Positions 49,055 to 58,306 of a DNA stretch of 64,000 nucleotides are shown one piece after another. Under the pieces are notes generated by a model. The model did not search any database. It was given only the letters and a program-made list of their open reading frames with translations, and was not told where the DNA came from. The stretch is taken from contig JANQNB010000018.1 in the NCBI GenBank assembly GCA_028279755.1, positions 134,611 through 198,610 of the forward strand, read 5' to 3'. Every line of letters begins with the position of its first letter. The first letter of the stretch is position 1. The translations under genes and the position numbers were made by a program. This DNA comes from Candidatus Nanoarchaeia archaeon (GTDB lineage Archaea > Nanobdellota > Nanobdellia > Woesearchaeales > UBA525).

Positions 49055-49852
49055 GTGAGAATCGGAATTAGGACTGGACACGATTCATATTTCTCTTCAG
49101 AGTTGCATGGATGGGAAAGTCATGCGTTCGGGGTTATTGATACTGACTTGCCCATGCTTGTTGAAGAATTATTGCTCTCATGCGGAGCAGCACTGAACCA
49201 CGATCGCACACCAGTAGCCTGGCTCGGCGCAGCAGGCCACGAAGATATTGGTTTAGTATTCAACATCGTGGACGTTAAACGGTACAAGACGAAGTTTGTC
49301 CATCATGGAACTGTCGCGCGCATTTCGTATGGCGCTGGCCGCGGCGGATATCATCCTCAGGAAAAAGGTCGCTGGGACATCGACAAGCTCGGACGGTTGC
49401 ATATCAGCGCGTATGGCTACCGGCGTGTGTTTCCGACAGACTGGGAAACGCTTGGCATTTCGGAGGATCAGAGCGTAGAGAATATCGTGCACGTGCCGCT
49501 TCGTTGGATTGATGGTCAGTTCGACACGTCCTTGACAGGAGACAAAAACTATGCCCATACGCCGACAAGGACGTGTTTCTTGCTCTCGGAAGCGACGAGG
49601 AAAAAGAATGATGAGTTCCCAGAATTCCCTCGCCGAGAAAACCGACTGCCACTTTCAGAAATTCGTCCTGGAGGCTTCGGCAAGCGTGATGCTGCGTATC
49701 CAACAATTGGCTATCAGCCAGCGCTCGAATTCCTTTCTCAGTTTGGCACTGTTTCTTCTGGGGATGCCATTCCGCGCATGGACATGAAACAAGGGGTTGA
49801 GTATTTTATCACCGAACTCCTGCCAGCAGTACATGCCTTCTCACGCAGCTGA
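49055..49852 (+). CDS. Hypothetical protein
   Basis: 265-aa ORF filling the intergenic space; no motif. Confidence 0.5.
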   Translation: MRIGIRTGHDSYFSSELHGWESHAFGVIDTDLPMLVEELLLSCGAALNHDRTPVAWLGAAGHEDIGLVFNIVDVKRYKTKFVHHGTVARISYGAGRGGYHPQEKGRWDIDKLGRLHISAYGYRRVFPTDWETLGISEDQSVENIVHVPLRWIDGQFDTSLTGDKNYAHTPTRTCFLLSEATRKKNDEFPEFPRRENRLPLSEIRPGGFGKRDAAYPTIGYQPALEFLSQFGTVSSGDAIPRMDMKQGVEYFITELLPAVHAFSRS

Positions 49853-49918
49853 TTTTTAGTATTGATTAGTAGTGATTATTCGGAATACTTATAAAGCCCC
49901 TCTTTTCCACACGTTCGC

Positions 49919-50980
49919 ATGGCACGACGACGAATGCGAGCAAAGGTAGCGCCACGCCGAAAAGGCATGACCCGGCGGCAGCTCTGGGGTTGGGGTGCAG
50001 GCGGAGCTGCAGCTGCACTGCTCTTTGCACTTGGACGCGACAAGCCGCCAAGTCAATCACGGCTGCCAACACCAATACTTGATGAGGAATGGCTCTTCCT
50101 GAACCATCCCCTGACCACAGCAGACCACATACCGGCGTCGCAGGTCGTGAAGGTCGGTGTTCCTTTGGGCACCAGCGAAATGGTCTATTCTCCTAACAAA
50201 TGGCGGGAGCACGTGACCTCGGCAGCACCGAAGATCGGACAAAAGCTGCTCTCAGAAGGGCTGGTTCCGAATGACTTTGAGCTCCGCCTCACCAGCCAAT
50301 CCTATGGCATGCCTGCGCCGCATCGCGTTGCCGCAAGCCTTGAACAATACTCTCAACAAGCCCTGGCATACCTTGAAGCAAGTGTCGAAGGACTCACGCA
50401 TGGGGATCTCGAGTTTGTCATCCTGAAACATGGTGATGACTTCACGCATGATCCAGATAGGAAGATCTTTCTCGGAGATCACTATTACGAAGTGTTTCGC
50501 GTTGCTGCGTTTGACAAGGCCACTGGTGAAATGAACTGTGAAGTTGCACGATCAACACGCGAATTTGGCAACGCGTGTGTCATCCGATTCAGTTCTCCTG
50601 ACAATACTATCTATGAACGCTTCGGCTTCCTGTATACTCAGCCCGGCGCTATCATCGGCATCCCCTCTGAGGTCATCCCACACACTACTTGTCAACGCAG
50701 TCTCGCATTCGGTGAAGAGCGCGGACGGGACAATTCGAGACTTGCTGAAGAATCGCTTGTCGAAGGCATGAGCCTCTGCCTGGGCTATCGCATGGGACGC
50801 GCATTCGACATCCCGGATTTTGAACAGCACCTGCAATCACAACGACATGCTTTTGCACAACATCGCATCTATCGCTATGTCGAGCAATCGCTCGCCTGGT
50901 TCCAGAAGAACAGCCTGCAGGCAGGCTTCGATCTCTACATGGACAACCCGGATAAATTCATGCAAGCGATCCTGAAGTGA
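49919..50980 (+). CDS. Hypothetical exported protein with twin-arginine-like leader
   Basis: MTRRQLWGWGAGGAAAALLFAL. Confidence 0.55.
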   Translation: MARRRMRAKVAPRRKGMTRRQLWGWGAGGAAAALLFALGRDKPPSQSRLPTPILDEEWLFLNHPLTTADHIPASQVVKVGVPLGTSEMVYSPNKWREHVTSAAPKIGQKLLSEGLVPNDFELRLTSQSYGMPAPHRVAASLEQYSQQALAYLEASVEGLTHGDLEFVILKHGDDFTHDPDRKIFLGDHYYEVFRVAAFDKATGEMNCEVARSTREFGNACVIRFSSPDNTIYERFGFLYTQPGAIIGIPSEVIPHTTCQRSLAFGEERGRDNSRLAEESLVEGMSLCLGYRMGRAFDIPDFEQHLQSQRHAFAQHRIYRYVEQSLAWFQKNSLQAGFDLYMDNPDKFMQAILK

Positions 50981-50981
50981 C

Positions 50982-51959
50982 TCAGTCATGCATTCGCATG
51001 AAATCATCGATCTCTTCTCTCGTCGGAATGACAGAACAGGTGCCTGGTCGCGAGATCGCGATCGCGGCTGCAGCGCTGGCAAAGCGCGCGGCTGTCAGCA
51101 AGGCTTTGAATGGTACTGTGTCGATGGTGCATCGATGCTGTTCGCAGTATTCGATGACTTTGTAGCCGAAGATGCCTCTGAACGTGTCGCCGACCCCGCC
51201 GCCATCCACAGCCTCGACTTCATACACTGGTAGGATGCGGTATCCTTTTCGATCTGAGACAAAGACGCCTTCCTTGCCGAGCGTGACTACGACAATCTTC
51301 ACGTGTTCCAAGAGCTGCTTGGCGCCTTTCACCAGATTCTTCTTGCTGTCTGGCTTAATGCCTGTCAAAGCCTCGACCTCAAAACGATCTGGCATGAGTA
51401 TGTCGGTGTTCGGCAGGACCTCGTTGAAGAGCATCCACCGTCCCTGGTCGTCATTCGGCACGACTGACGGGTCAAGCAGGGTTGGCACATCTTTCTCTTT
51501 CGCCAAGCGGAATGATTCTGCCAATGTCTCGATCGTGTTCTCGATCTGGCCGATGACCAGCGCTGCACCCTGAATAACTTTCTTCGCCTTCTGCACATCC
51601 TCGATCGTGAGCAGACGATTCGCGCCTGGCTCGATGCCGACCATGATCTCGCCGTTGCCATAGATGTATTCGAGTACGATGCCGGTGATGCCTGGCTTTT
51701 CGAAGACGAAGCGTGCGTCCACGTCCATCTCTTCCAGGCGTTGCATGACATAGCTGTTCCAGCGATCCTTGCCGACGCAACCGACAAGCAGCACTTCTCG
51801 TGCTGGCACGAATCGCTTGATCGCGCAGCAGGTGTCGCAGCCTTTGCCGCCGAGATCTTCGGAATACTCGCCGAAAAAGGTCTTCGGGCCTTTCATGTCC
51901 GGCGTGGTGAGCTTGAGATCAGGATTGATGCTGCCAGGACAGCAGACAATGGGCTTCAT
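50982..51959 (-). CDS. PfkB/ribokinase family sugar kinase
   Basis: GSINPD, GGKG, VTLGKEG, DGGGVGDTF. Confidence 0.85.
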   Translation of the reverse strand: MKPIVCCPGSINPDLKLTTPDMKGPKTFFGEYSEDLGGKGCDTCCAIKRFVPAREVLLVGCVGKDRWNSYVMQRLEEMDVDARFVFEKPGITGIVLEYIYGNGEIMVGIEPGANRLLTIEDVQKAKKVIQGAALVIGQIENTIETLAESFRLAKEKDVPTLLDPSVVPNDDQGRWMLFNEVLPNTDILMPDRFEVEALTGIKPDSKKNLVKGAKQLLEHVKIVVVTLGKEGVFVSDRKGYRILPVYEVEAVDGGGVGDTFRGIFGYKVIEYCEQHRCTIDTVPFKALLTAARFASAAAAIAISRPGTCSVIPTREEIDDFMRMHD

Positions 51960-52795
51960 ACGCCTGACACCTCGCGCAATTGCTGATGCAATGCCTTGTT
52001 CGAGGCGACGATGTCGAAGCGGCTGCCGAAATAGGTCATGCCACTTCGGTGCCTGGCTGTCAGCACGCCACCAGCCTCTTCGAGGATGAGCTGGCTGGCA
52101 AGATAATCATGCGGTGACAAGCTCAGGAATGTGAGGCCGTCGATCCTTTCGTCTGCTGGAAGACTTTCTCCTGCAGCGATGTATGCGAGCACTGCTGCAG
52201 AACTGTACGGGCGAATCCTGCCTTTCATTGGCAAGCCAGCAAAACGCCGGAAATCAGGGCTTCTTTTCTCGTCATCCCATCCTTCCTCTTCAGCGATGAC
52301 TGCGTCGACAAGCGAGCTTGTTCCTGCAACACGGATCTCGCGATCGTTGAGTTGGGCGCCATTGTCTTTGACTGCTTTGAACAGCTGGTGTCGGTGCGGC
52401 AGCAGGGTGAAGCCGAAGATGGTCTCGTACTTATTGCCTTCTCGATACTGCACAGCAAGGGTGATCGAATAGAAGTCTGAGCCTTCATCGAAGATCTTTG
52501 AACCGTCGATTGCATCCTGTACAATAAGGTAAGGTTTGCCAGGATTCCACCAGCCTGCTTCTTCGCTGTAGAGTGAGATGTCTGGGAATGTGCCGGTAAT
52601 CTCTTTGCGCAGAAAAGCATCAATTGCCTTATCACCAGGCGTCACGATCCGCTGCGAGAGATTCGGGCCATCCTTTGCTTCTTGCCCTACTCCTTGTCCA
52701 TGATACTGGAACGCGAGTTGTCCAGCGTTGAGAATAACATCTATCAGGTGAGTGTATAAATCGTACTCAAATCGGCTTGACATATGATGAGGCAA
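51956..52795 (-). CDS. Inositol monophosphatase family protein
   Basis: SEE, DAIDGS, HDYLA, EAGG. Confidence 0.8.
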   Translation of the reverse strand: MPHHMSSRFEYDLYTHLIDVILNAGQLAFQYHGQGVGQEAKDGPNLSQRIVTPGDKAIDAFLRKEITGTFPDISLYSEEAGWWNPGKPYLIVQDAIDGSKIFDEGSDFYSITLAVQYREGNKYETIFGFTLLPHRHQLFKAVKDNGAQLNDREIRVAGTSSLVDAVIAEEEGWDDEKRSPDFRRFAGLPMKGRIRPYSSAAVLAYIAAGESLPADERIDGLTFLSLSPHDYLASQLILEEAGGVLTARHRSGMTYFGSRFDIVASNKALHQQLREVSGV

Positions 52796-52832
52796 TACAT
52801 AATACTATATAAGAATTATCACTGAGGAGTGC

Positions 52833-53078
52833 TCATTCCTCGATGTCTTCGAGCATTGAACTGATGCTCCAGAGCTGTGTCCTGACGTAGCTCGGAATGT
52901 TGACATCGCTTTGCAGCTCGTCGAGCTGGCTCAGGAGCTTGTCAGCCTTCAGGCGCGCTTCTCCCGGCTCAGCAATCGCAGTCAGCATGCCCTGCACTTT
53001 CTCACGTACGTTCTTCGGCGTGCCCTGCTCTTCAAGTAACATCTTCAGTCCCTGCGCAACGTTGTCAAAGCTTGTCAT
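52833..53078 (-). CDS. UPF0147 family protein
   Basis: TPKNVR, DVNIPSYVRTQLWSISSMLE. Confidence 0.85.
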   Translation of the reverse strand: MTSFDNVAQGLKMLLEEQGTPKNVREKVQGMLTAIAEPGEARLKADKLLSQLDELQSDVNIPSYVRTQLWSISSMLEDIEE

Positions 53079-53081
53079 TTC

Positions 53082-53411
53082 TCACTCCCCCTTTTCCATC
53101 TCCTTCATGATCTCCTTCTGCAGTTTCTCAGCCTTCTCCTTGAGCTGCTTCTCCTGCTTCTCCAAGGCCCCGATCCGGAGCTTCACGCGCTCCATGCGCT
53201 CGGCAAGATCCTTCTTGAGCACATCGCTCGGCTGCTCGACCATGATGTTGCCGATGATCTTATAACCCTGCTTGGCAGTGCTCATCGCCTCGGTCGCGCT
53301 CTCGATCTCCATCAATTGCGCCTGCGCCTGCTGCTTCTGCGCCAGATAATTGTGCAGGTTCTCCTCGATCAGCTGGAGCTTCTGGACCTTTTCATGCGTG
53401 TCTTTCTCCAT
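53082..53411 (-). CDS. pfdB: Prefoldin beta subunit
   Basis: QKQQAQAQL.E, YKIIGNIMV, coiled coils; conserved operon position. Confidence 0.9.
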   Translation of the reverse strand: MEKDTHEKVQKLQLIEENLHNYLAQKQQAQAQLMEIESATEAMSTAKQGYKIIGNIMVEQPSDVLKKDLAERMERVKLRIGALEKQEKQLKEKAEKLQKEIMKEMEKGE

Positions 53412-53412
53412 C

Positions 53413-53628
53413 TCAGATCCCTTTCGCTTTCTCGTACATGGTGATGACGCGGCACAAGGAACTGACGGCCGTCTTCAACGCGACCGCGTCTTCAGCTTCG
53501 ATATCGATGTGCAGCGTCTTCCCTTTGTTGTGAATGTCATACCGGGCGCGTGGGTGCTTGAACTGCTCGGTCTCGAGGAGGTGGAAGAGCGCTTGTTCAG
53601 CCGGCAGGCTGATGCTCGTCTTGATCAT
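53413..53628 (-). CDS. pcc1: KEOPS complex subunit Pcc1
   Basis: 71 aa, IDIEAEDAVALKTAVSS; lies between rpoP and pfdB. Confidence 0.8.
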   Translation of the reverse strand: MIKTSISLPAEQALFHLLETEQFKHPRARYDIHNKGKTLHIDIEAEDAVALKTAVSSLCRVITMYEKAKGI

Positions 53629-53759
53629 CGCGCGTGCACATGCGTGGTGACTGTGCGCTCCTTGAAGATGATCTTGCTGCCGCAATAGATACAGCGCACC
53701 TTCTTCTTGATGTGCTCCTCCTTGATCCCCTTGCCGCAATAGAAGCACTTGTATGCCAT
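53625..53759 (-). CDS. rpoP: DNA-directed RNA polymerase subunit P (Rpo12), not in the ORF track
   Basis: MAYKCFYCGK...VRCIYCGSKIIFKER; follows rpl37ae. Confidence 0.9.
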   Translation of the reverse strand: MAYKCFYCGKGIKEEHIKKKVRCIYCGSKIIFKERTVTTHVHAR

Positions 53760-53760
53760 C

Positions 53761-54012
53761 TTACACCTCAAGGCTCTGCTCAGTCTTGACCGCGCCTGGC
53801 TTGGTCACGTTATAGGCTCTGCTGGTGAATGTGCTCTTGCACTTGCCGCAATGCCAGATGCCGGCAGATTTCCTGGACACTTTCGGATAGCGACAGTATG
53901 GACAGGTATGGGCTTTCTTCTGCTGGGCTTCGATATGGCCGAGCTTTTTCTTCGTGGTACGGCCGTAGCGGACGCCGTAGCGTTTGATGCCCTTCTCGTG
54001 CTTTTCTGCCAT
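53761..54012 (-). CDS. rpl37ae: 50S ribosomal protein L37Ae (eL43)
   Basis: RYGVRYG, CPYC, GIWHCGKC. Confidence 0.95.
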   Translation of the reverse strand: MAEKHEKGIKRYGVRYGRTTKKKLGHIEAQQKKAHTCPYCRYPKVSRKSAGIWHCGKCKSTFTSRAYNVTKPGAVKTEQSLEV

Positions 54013-54107
54013 GACCGCGCACGAATCGAGAACTGTTTATAAAGCTTGCCGTTAGGAAACAAGCAAGTATATAAGGAGAAAACGCCGTCCAATGCACAGC
54101 GATCACA

Positions 54108-54746
54108 GTGCAGCAAACATCCGCATACTACCAAGCGGTCGAACGCCACGGTGTGACCAGGTTTCTGGAAGTCAATCCCTTGCTGCGCGACGGCGCCTTC
54201 TTCTACCTCTGCACGCTCAGATACTTATTCCATCAAAAAGCGCCAGAGCACGCTTGGCACAGCAGCCGTGTCGGACAGCAAGTCGGCCTGATTCTTGATC
54301 CCTCTGCAGCCTTTGCTGCTGACCTGCACGACATCGGGAAACTCGGTATCGATGAAGCCATTCTGAACAGCAAGCAACGCCTCACTCCAGTACAATTTGT
54401 CGAGATGCAGCGCCACAATGAATACACCAGGGAGCTGCTCCGACGCGTGGAGCCACACGGATTCCCTTTGCTGAGCACCATGGCGGCGAGCGCGCACGAC
54501 TATCGCCGCCGCCGACGCATGCCGATCACGTTCCCAGACCGGCGACGCAATGATCCCTATCTTGCCATTGTCGCGCAAGTGCTGCAGGCCTGCGACGCTT
54601 TTGATGTCTTCATCCATGGCCGGCCGTACCAGCCGCCAATCGAGTTCGAGGAAGCGCTCGACAAGCTGCGGCAACTACGTATCGAGCAAGGCCTGGTCGA
54701 GGAGATCCGGGATTCCCACCGCTTCCGGACGCGAAGTGTGGCTTAA
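54108..54746 (+). CDS. HD-GYP-like HD domain protein
   Basis: HSSRV, LHDIGK, ILNS..RLT, CDAFD, RPY. Confidence 0.8.
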   Translation: MQQTSAYYQAVERHGVTRFLEVNPLLRDGAFFYLCTLRYLFHQKAPEHAWHSSRVGQQVGLILDPSAAFAADLHDIGKLGIDEAILNSKQRLTPVQFVEMQRHNEYTRELLRRVEPHGFPLLSTMAASAHDYRRRRRMPITFPDRRRNDPYLAIVAQVLQACDAFDVFIHGRPYQPPIEFEEALDKLRQLRIEQGLVEEIRDSHRFRTRSVA

Positions 54747-54789
54747 GGACAATATTCTTAAATCATTCCACATTACACATTTTTAGGGG

Positions 54790-55344
54790 GTGGTGTTTGT
54801 GAACAAAACACTCATGTTAATAGTTCTGATAGCAGTAGGTGCCATGCTGGCAATGCCGGTGCATGGCGCAGCCTTTGCCAAGTACGACGGCATCGATGGC
54901 GAATCGAAAGACGCAGACCACGACAAGTGGATCGACGTGCTCAGCATCGACTGGGGCGTCCACAAGCCTGGCGGTGGCATGACCGGCCAGTCACGAAGGC
55001 GTGGCGCGGCTGTTGTTGAGGATCTTGTCCTGACGACAGAGTTTGAGAAATCGAGTCCGAAACTGCAGGAGAAATGCCTGAAAGGAGAAGTGATCCCGAA
55101 GCTGGAGATCGAGCTGACCTCAACCTATGGCGGCGCGCGCGCGACCTATCTCCGCTACGAGCTGAAGAACGTGATGATCACGAGCTATAAGATGACTGCG
55201 TCTGGCAACGACGAAGCAGGGCCGCCGACCGAGGAATACGGCGTCAACTTCGAAGAGATCAAGGTGACGTACACCGAATACGACGGATCCGGCTCGAGCC
55301 TGGGCAATGTCGAGATGGAGTACAAGGTCGAAGAGGGCGAGTAG
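54790..55344 (+). CDS. hcp: Hcp (T6SS/phage tail tube) family protein with Sec signal peptide
   Basis: AFAKYDGIDGESKDADHDKWIDVLSIDWG; EKSSPKL; YELKNVMITSY; PTEE..VNFEEIKVTY. Confidence 0.85.
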   Translation: MVFVNKTLMLIVLIAVGAMLAMPVHGAAFAKYDGIDGESKDADHDKWIDVLSIDWGVHKPGGGMTGQSRRRGAAVVEDLVLTTEFEKSSPKLQEKCLKGEVIPKLEIELTSTYGGARATYLRYELKNVMITSYKMTASGNDEAGPPTEEYGVNFEEIKVTYTEYDGSGSSLGNVEMEYKVEEGE

Positions 55345-56193
55345 ATGCGTCTCGCTGTTGCCATTTTGATGTGCTTACTCATCATCCCCGTAGCAGCAGC
55401 GATGCCATACGTCCCTGACTATTCGATCTTCTATGAGAAGTCGGCTGGATCACCTTTGCTTACAGAAGGTGATTATTACAACCTTTTCGTTCTGTCTATA
55501 CATCTGCCTGATGGCGGCACAGGGCCAACACGGCGCCGAGGCGCTCCAGTGACTGGCGCTGAAGTGACGCGCGAGTTCGACAAGGCAAGCCCGAAACTGC
55601 AAGAAGCTATCCTGAAAGGCGACACCTTCGCAGCAGTCAGGCTCACCATGCCAGGCAGCAGCGATATGATCCTGCACAACGTGACCTTCACGAATTACTC
55701 GTTCCACGCATCTGGCAACGACGAGGCAGGACCGCCGACAGAGACTATCACCTTGGATTTCGAGGAGATAACCTGGGGTGAGAACGTCACCAATACGACC
55801 AACACCACGAACCTGACCGCGCCTTTCACTGTGACGATCGAGCCAGACTACGCGAAGATCAAGAAAGGCGAGAACGTGAAGTACCTTGTTGTGATCGACG
55901 CTGACGAAGGATTCAACGAGCTCGTGCAGCTCGAAATGGACCTTGACATCCCACTCGGCGACCAACACTATATTATCGACACCTACGGGCCGGACTATCC
56001 GGTGCGACTGAACTACACGCTGATCGTGCCCTCGAACCTGCCGTTCGGCTTTGTCGCGCACGGCACGATCATCGGCATCAGCGAACCCTATCAAGCGACA
56101 GACGACTTCATCGTCGTGGTCGAAGGTCCGGCCATGGGCGTGGGCAAGTTCCTGAACGGGATTGACAGATTCTTTGAAGGATTGTTTGGTTGA
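55345..56193 (+). CDS. Secreted Hcp-like domain fused to an N-x-T linker and a probable Ig-like domain
   Basis: REFDKASPKLQEA, SGNDEAGPPTETITLDFEEI; NVTNTTNTTNLT; terminal FLNGIDRFFEGLFG. Confidence 0.7.
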   Translation: MRLAVAILMCLLIIPVAAAMPYVPDYSIFYEKSAGSPLLTEGDYYNLFVLSIHLPDGGTGPTRRRGAPVTGAEVTREFDKASPKLQEAILKGDTFAAVRLTMPGSSDMILHNVTFTNYSFHASGNDEAGPPTETITLDFEEITWGENVTNTTNTTNLTAPFTVTIEPDYAKIKKGENVKYLVVIDADEGFNELVQLEMDLDIPLGDQHYIIDTYGPDYPVRLNYTLIVPSNLPFGFVAHGTIIGISEPYQATDDFIVVVEGPAMGVGKFLNGIDRFFEGLFG

Positions 56194-56600
56194 TAAGAAT
56201 GTACACTGCTTCTGAACGGCGACGCCTGTACTTTGACGAGGCGACGAATCGCCGATTGCTGCTGCAGCTTGGACTCGAGCAGCTCACCACACCTGACGGC
56301 GCAAGCGACTCCCCGCTCATCGGCGTGCTCGAATGGTCATTCGCACCGCATTACAACCACCTCGAGAAGCCGCCCAACATCGTCGTTCTCGGTCCACCGG
56401 TCAGAATGAGCCTTCAGCAACCAAAAGTCCGCCTGCAGCACGACGGGGCTCGCTGGTACTACCATTTGCCACCGTTTGGTTTGCCGCTCTACGTTCGCCG
56501 CGGGAAACCAAGGCCTCAACCCTATTTCCTTCGCGCCATCAATCTCTTTCTCGCTTCAGAAGCACAGCGACAGAGGTATTTTCCTGAAACTCAGACGTAA
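56190..56600 (+). CDS. Hypothetical protein
   Basis: ORF adjoining the Hcp pair and ending exactly at the tRNA-Pro 3' duplicate. Confidence 0.4.
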   Translation: MIRMYTASERRRLYFDEATNRRLLLQLGLEQLTTPDGASDSPLIGVLEWSFAPHYNHLEKPPNIVVLGPPVRMSLQQPKVRLQHDGARWYYHLPPFGLPLYVRRGKPRPQPYFLRAINLFLASEAQRQRYFPETQT

Positions 56601-56669
56601 TGGGGCTACGAGGATAACTCGAGCGGAGCTCTCGTAACCTCTCATCCCCAGTTCTCACTATGTTCGAAC
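56601..56669 (-). repeat. tRNA 3' trailer: GA-hairpin, inverted copy, GA-hairpin, direct copy
   Basis: TGGGGCTACGAGGAT at 56601..56615 and at 56670..56684. Confidence 0.85.
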
Positions 56670-56787
56670 TGGGGCTACGAGGATTTGAACCCCGGTTGCC
56701 AGGTGTTTTGATCTCGGATCAAAACCCGCGAGGACTTTGTCCGAGCATGCCCAAACCTGGAGTGATACCAAGCTACACTATAGCCCC
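56670..56787 (-). tRNA. tRNA-Pro(TGG) with 45-nt intron at 37/38 (56705..56749)
   Basis: GGGGCTA/TAGCCCC-A acceptor; CCAGG/CCTGG anticodon stem; BHB with TTTG/CAAA helix; GGTTCAAATCC. Confidence 0.92.
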
Positions 56788-56798
56788 GGTGAATCTGT

Positions 56799-56881
56799 TT
56801 AAGGGGCTTGACTGAGCGTCAGCGAAGGAAACCCCTGCTTCCCAGGGTAGCGACGCTGATACCGAGCTACACTATAGCCCC
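56799..56881. repeat. Conserved leader element plus duplicated tRNA-Pro 5' 25 nt
   Basis: TTAAGGGGCTTGA...GAAACCCCTGCTTCCCAGGGTAGCGACGCTGA matches the reverse complement of 18470..18527 outside the central hairpin. Confidence 0.88.
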
Positions 56882-56929
56882 TGTATAAGCTCTAGCACTT
56901 CAGGCTCGCCCAGCCCTATATATAGATTT

Positions 56930-57322
56930 CTACGAGAATGCTTGTTGCAGCAAGTCACCAAGCTGTTCGCGATTACGGACAGCATCTATGTATCGATCAT
57001 CTGGCTGGACTGTCTGTGGTGTCAAAGGGCCGCCTATCATTATCGTCTCGACCATAACAATGGGCTTGCCTTCTCTCCGCAACGTCTTGTAAAGTATTCC
57101 ATATCTATCCTGAACCAGATTTGAGGTGACAAGAACCACTCCCCGAGCCCCCCGAGCATACGAAGAGACTGCAGTGAAATCGCCGCAATGTTTATCCAGC
57201 TCAAAGCTCTCAACTGCGTGTCCAGCCGAGACAAGATGATTCCTTACCCTGCCCAGCATTTTATAGCTCGGGTCGTTCGTGTACATATCTGTCGCGCAAA
57301 GAATGTGTCCTGCATCAGCCAT
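56930..57322 (-). CDS. Hypothetical alpha/beta protein (possibly receiver-like)
   Basis: 130-aa ORF with alternating beta/alpha pattern; no firm motif. Confidence 0.45.
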   Translation of the reverse strand: MADAGHILCATDMYTNDPSYKMLGRVRNHLVSAGHAVESFELDKHCGDFTAVSSYARGARGVVLVTSNLVQDRYGILYKTLRREGKPIVMVETIMIGGPLTPQTVQPDDRYIDAVRNREQLGDLLQQAFS

Positions 57323-57502
57323 TACTCATCCCCCCGTGGCAACGGGGGGTGTCGCATGAATTCTTAAGCGTTTCGACAGGAAGCTTTTTAAACGAATCAG
57401 GGTTCGCAAAGCGTACCATTTTACCTGGCAGCCAGAGCTGCGGTCCGCGTATCTAAGCCAAGGGGGCTGGACGACCCCGTCATGTTCATAGGTGATACTC
57501 AC

Positions 57503-58258
57503 ATGGGAAAAGACAAGAAGGACAAGAAAAAGAAAGAGAAGCCGAAACGGCAGATCGTGAAGAAAGCGGCGAAGCCGAAAGCCAAGAAGAAATGGTTCAG
57601 CATCGTCGCACCGAAGAGCTTCAATAACCACGTGCTCGGCGAGAGCCTGGTGGAGAACGCGGACAAGCTCGTGGGCAAGAGCATTACAGTGAATCTGATG
57701 CACCTCACGAACGACATGCGCAACCAGGGCATCGAGATCCGGTTCAAGGTCGTGAAGACCGACGAGGGCAAGGGCCTGACGTCTGTGACTGGCTACGAGG
57801 TCCTGCCAGGCCAGATGAAGCGCGTCGTGCGACGCGGGCGTTCGAAAGTCATGGACAGTTTCATTGTCCGGTGCGGCGACGTGCTCGTGCGGATCAAGCC
57901 GATCGTGTTCACCGCGAACCGCGCATCAGCAGGAGCGCAGACCACGATCAGGCTCGCAGTGCGTGAGAAGATCAAGCACCTGCTCAAAGGAACGACCTTC
58001 GACCAGCTTGTGCAGGAACTGATCCAGCACAAGCTCCAGCGAACCCTGAAGGACGTCGGGCTGAAGACGCACCCGATCAAGAGCGTCGAAGTCAAGAGCT
58101 GCGCCATTCTCAGGCAGAAGCCGAAAGAAGCGGCTGAAGAGCCTCAGGAGCCAGAACCTGCAGTTGAGAAAGCAGAGGAACCTGCGCCGGCTGAAAAACA
58201 GGAAGAAGCTGAACCTGCGAAGAAAGAAGCGGCAGAACCAGCTCCTGAAGAAAAGTAA
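57503..58258 (+). CDS. rps3ae: 30S ribosomal protein S3Ae (eS1) with charged terminal extensions
   Basis: KKKWFSIVAPKSF, LVGKSITVNL..LTND, KRVVRRGRSKV, HPIKSVEVK. Confidence 0.92.
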   Translation: MGKDKKDKKKKEKPKRQIVKKAAKPKAKKKWFSIVAPKSFNNHVLGESLVENADKLVGKSITVNLMHLTNDMRNQGIEIRFKVVKTDEGKGLTSVTGYEVLPGQMKRVVRRGRSKVMDSFIVRCGDVLVRIKPIVFTANRASAGAQTTIRLAVREKIKHLLKGTTFDQLVQELIQHKLQRTLKDVGLKTHPIKSVEVKSCAILRQKPKEAAEEPQEPEPAVEKAEEPAPAEKQEEAEPAKKEAAEPAPEEK

Positions 58259-58306
58259 GGAAAACCTTTTTATTCTCTCCTTCCGACCATGGTGAGAGGT
58301 GAGGAC

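Noticed and set aside
54108-56600. Complete type VI secretion or contractile injection system
   Set aside because: Only Hcp-like genes are present; no sheath, spike, baseplate or ATPase nearby.
57327-57480. GC hairpin (CCCCCG-TGGCAA-CGGGGG) and possible structured leader before rps3ae
   Set aside because: Single short hairpins with no recognisable RNA family or second copy; insufficient support.
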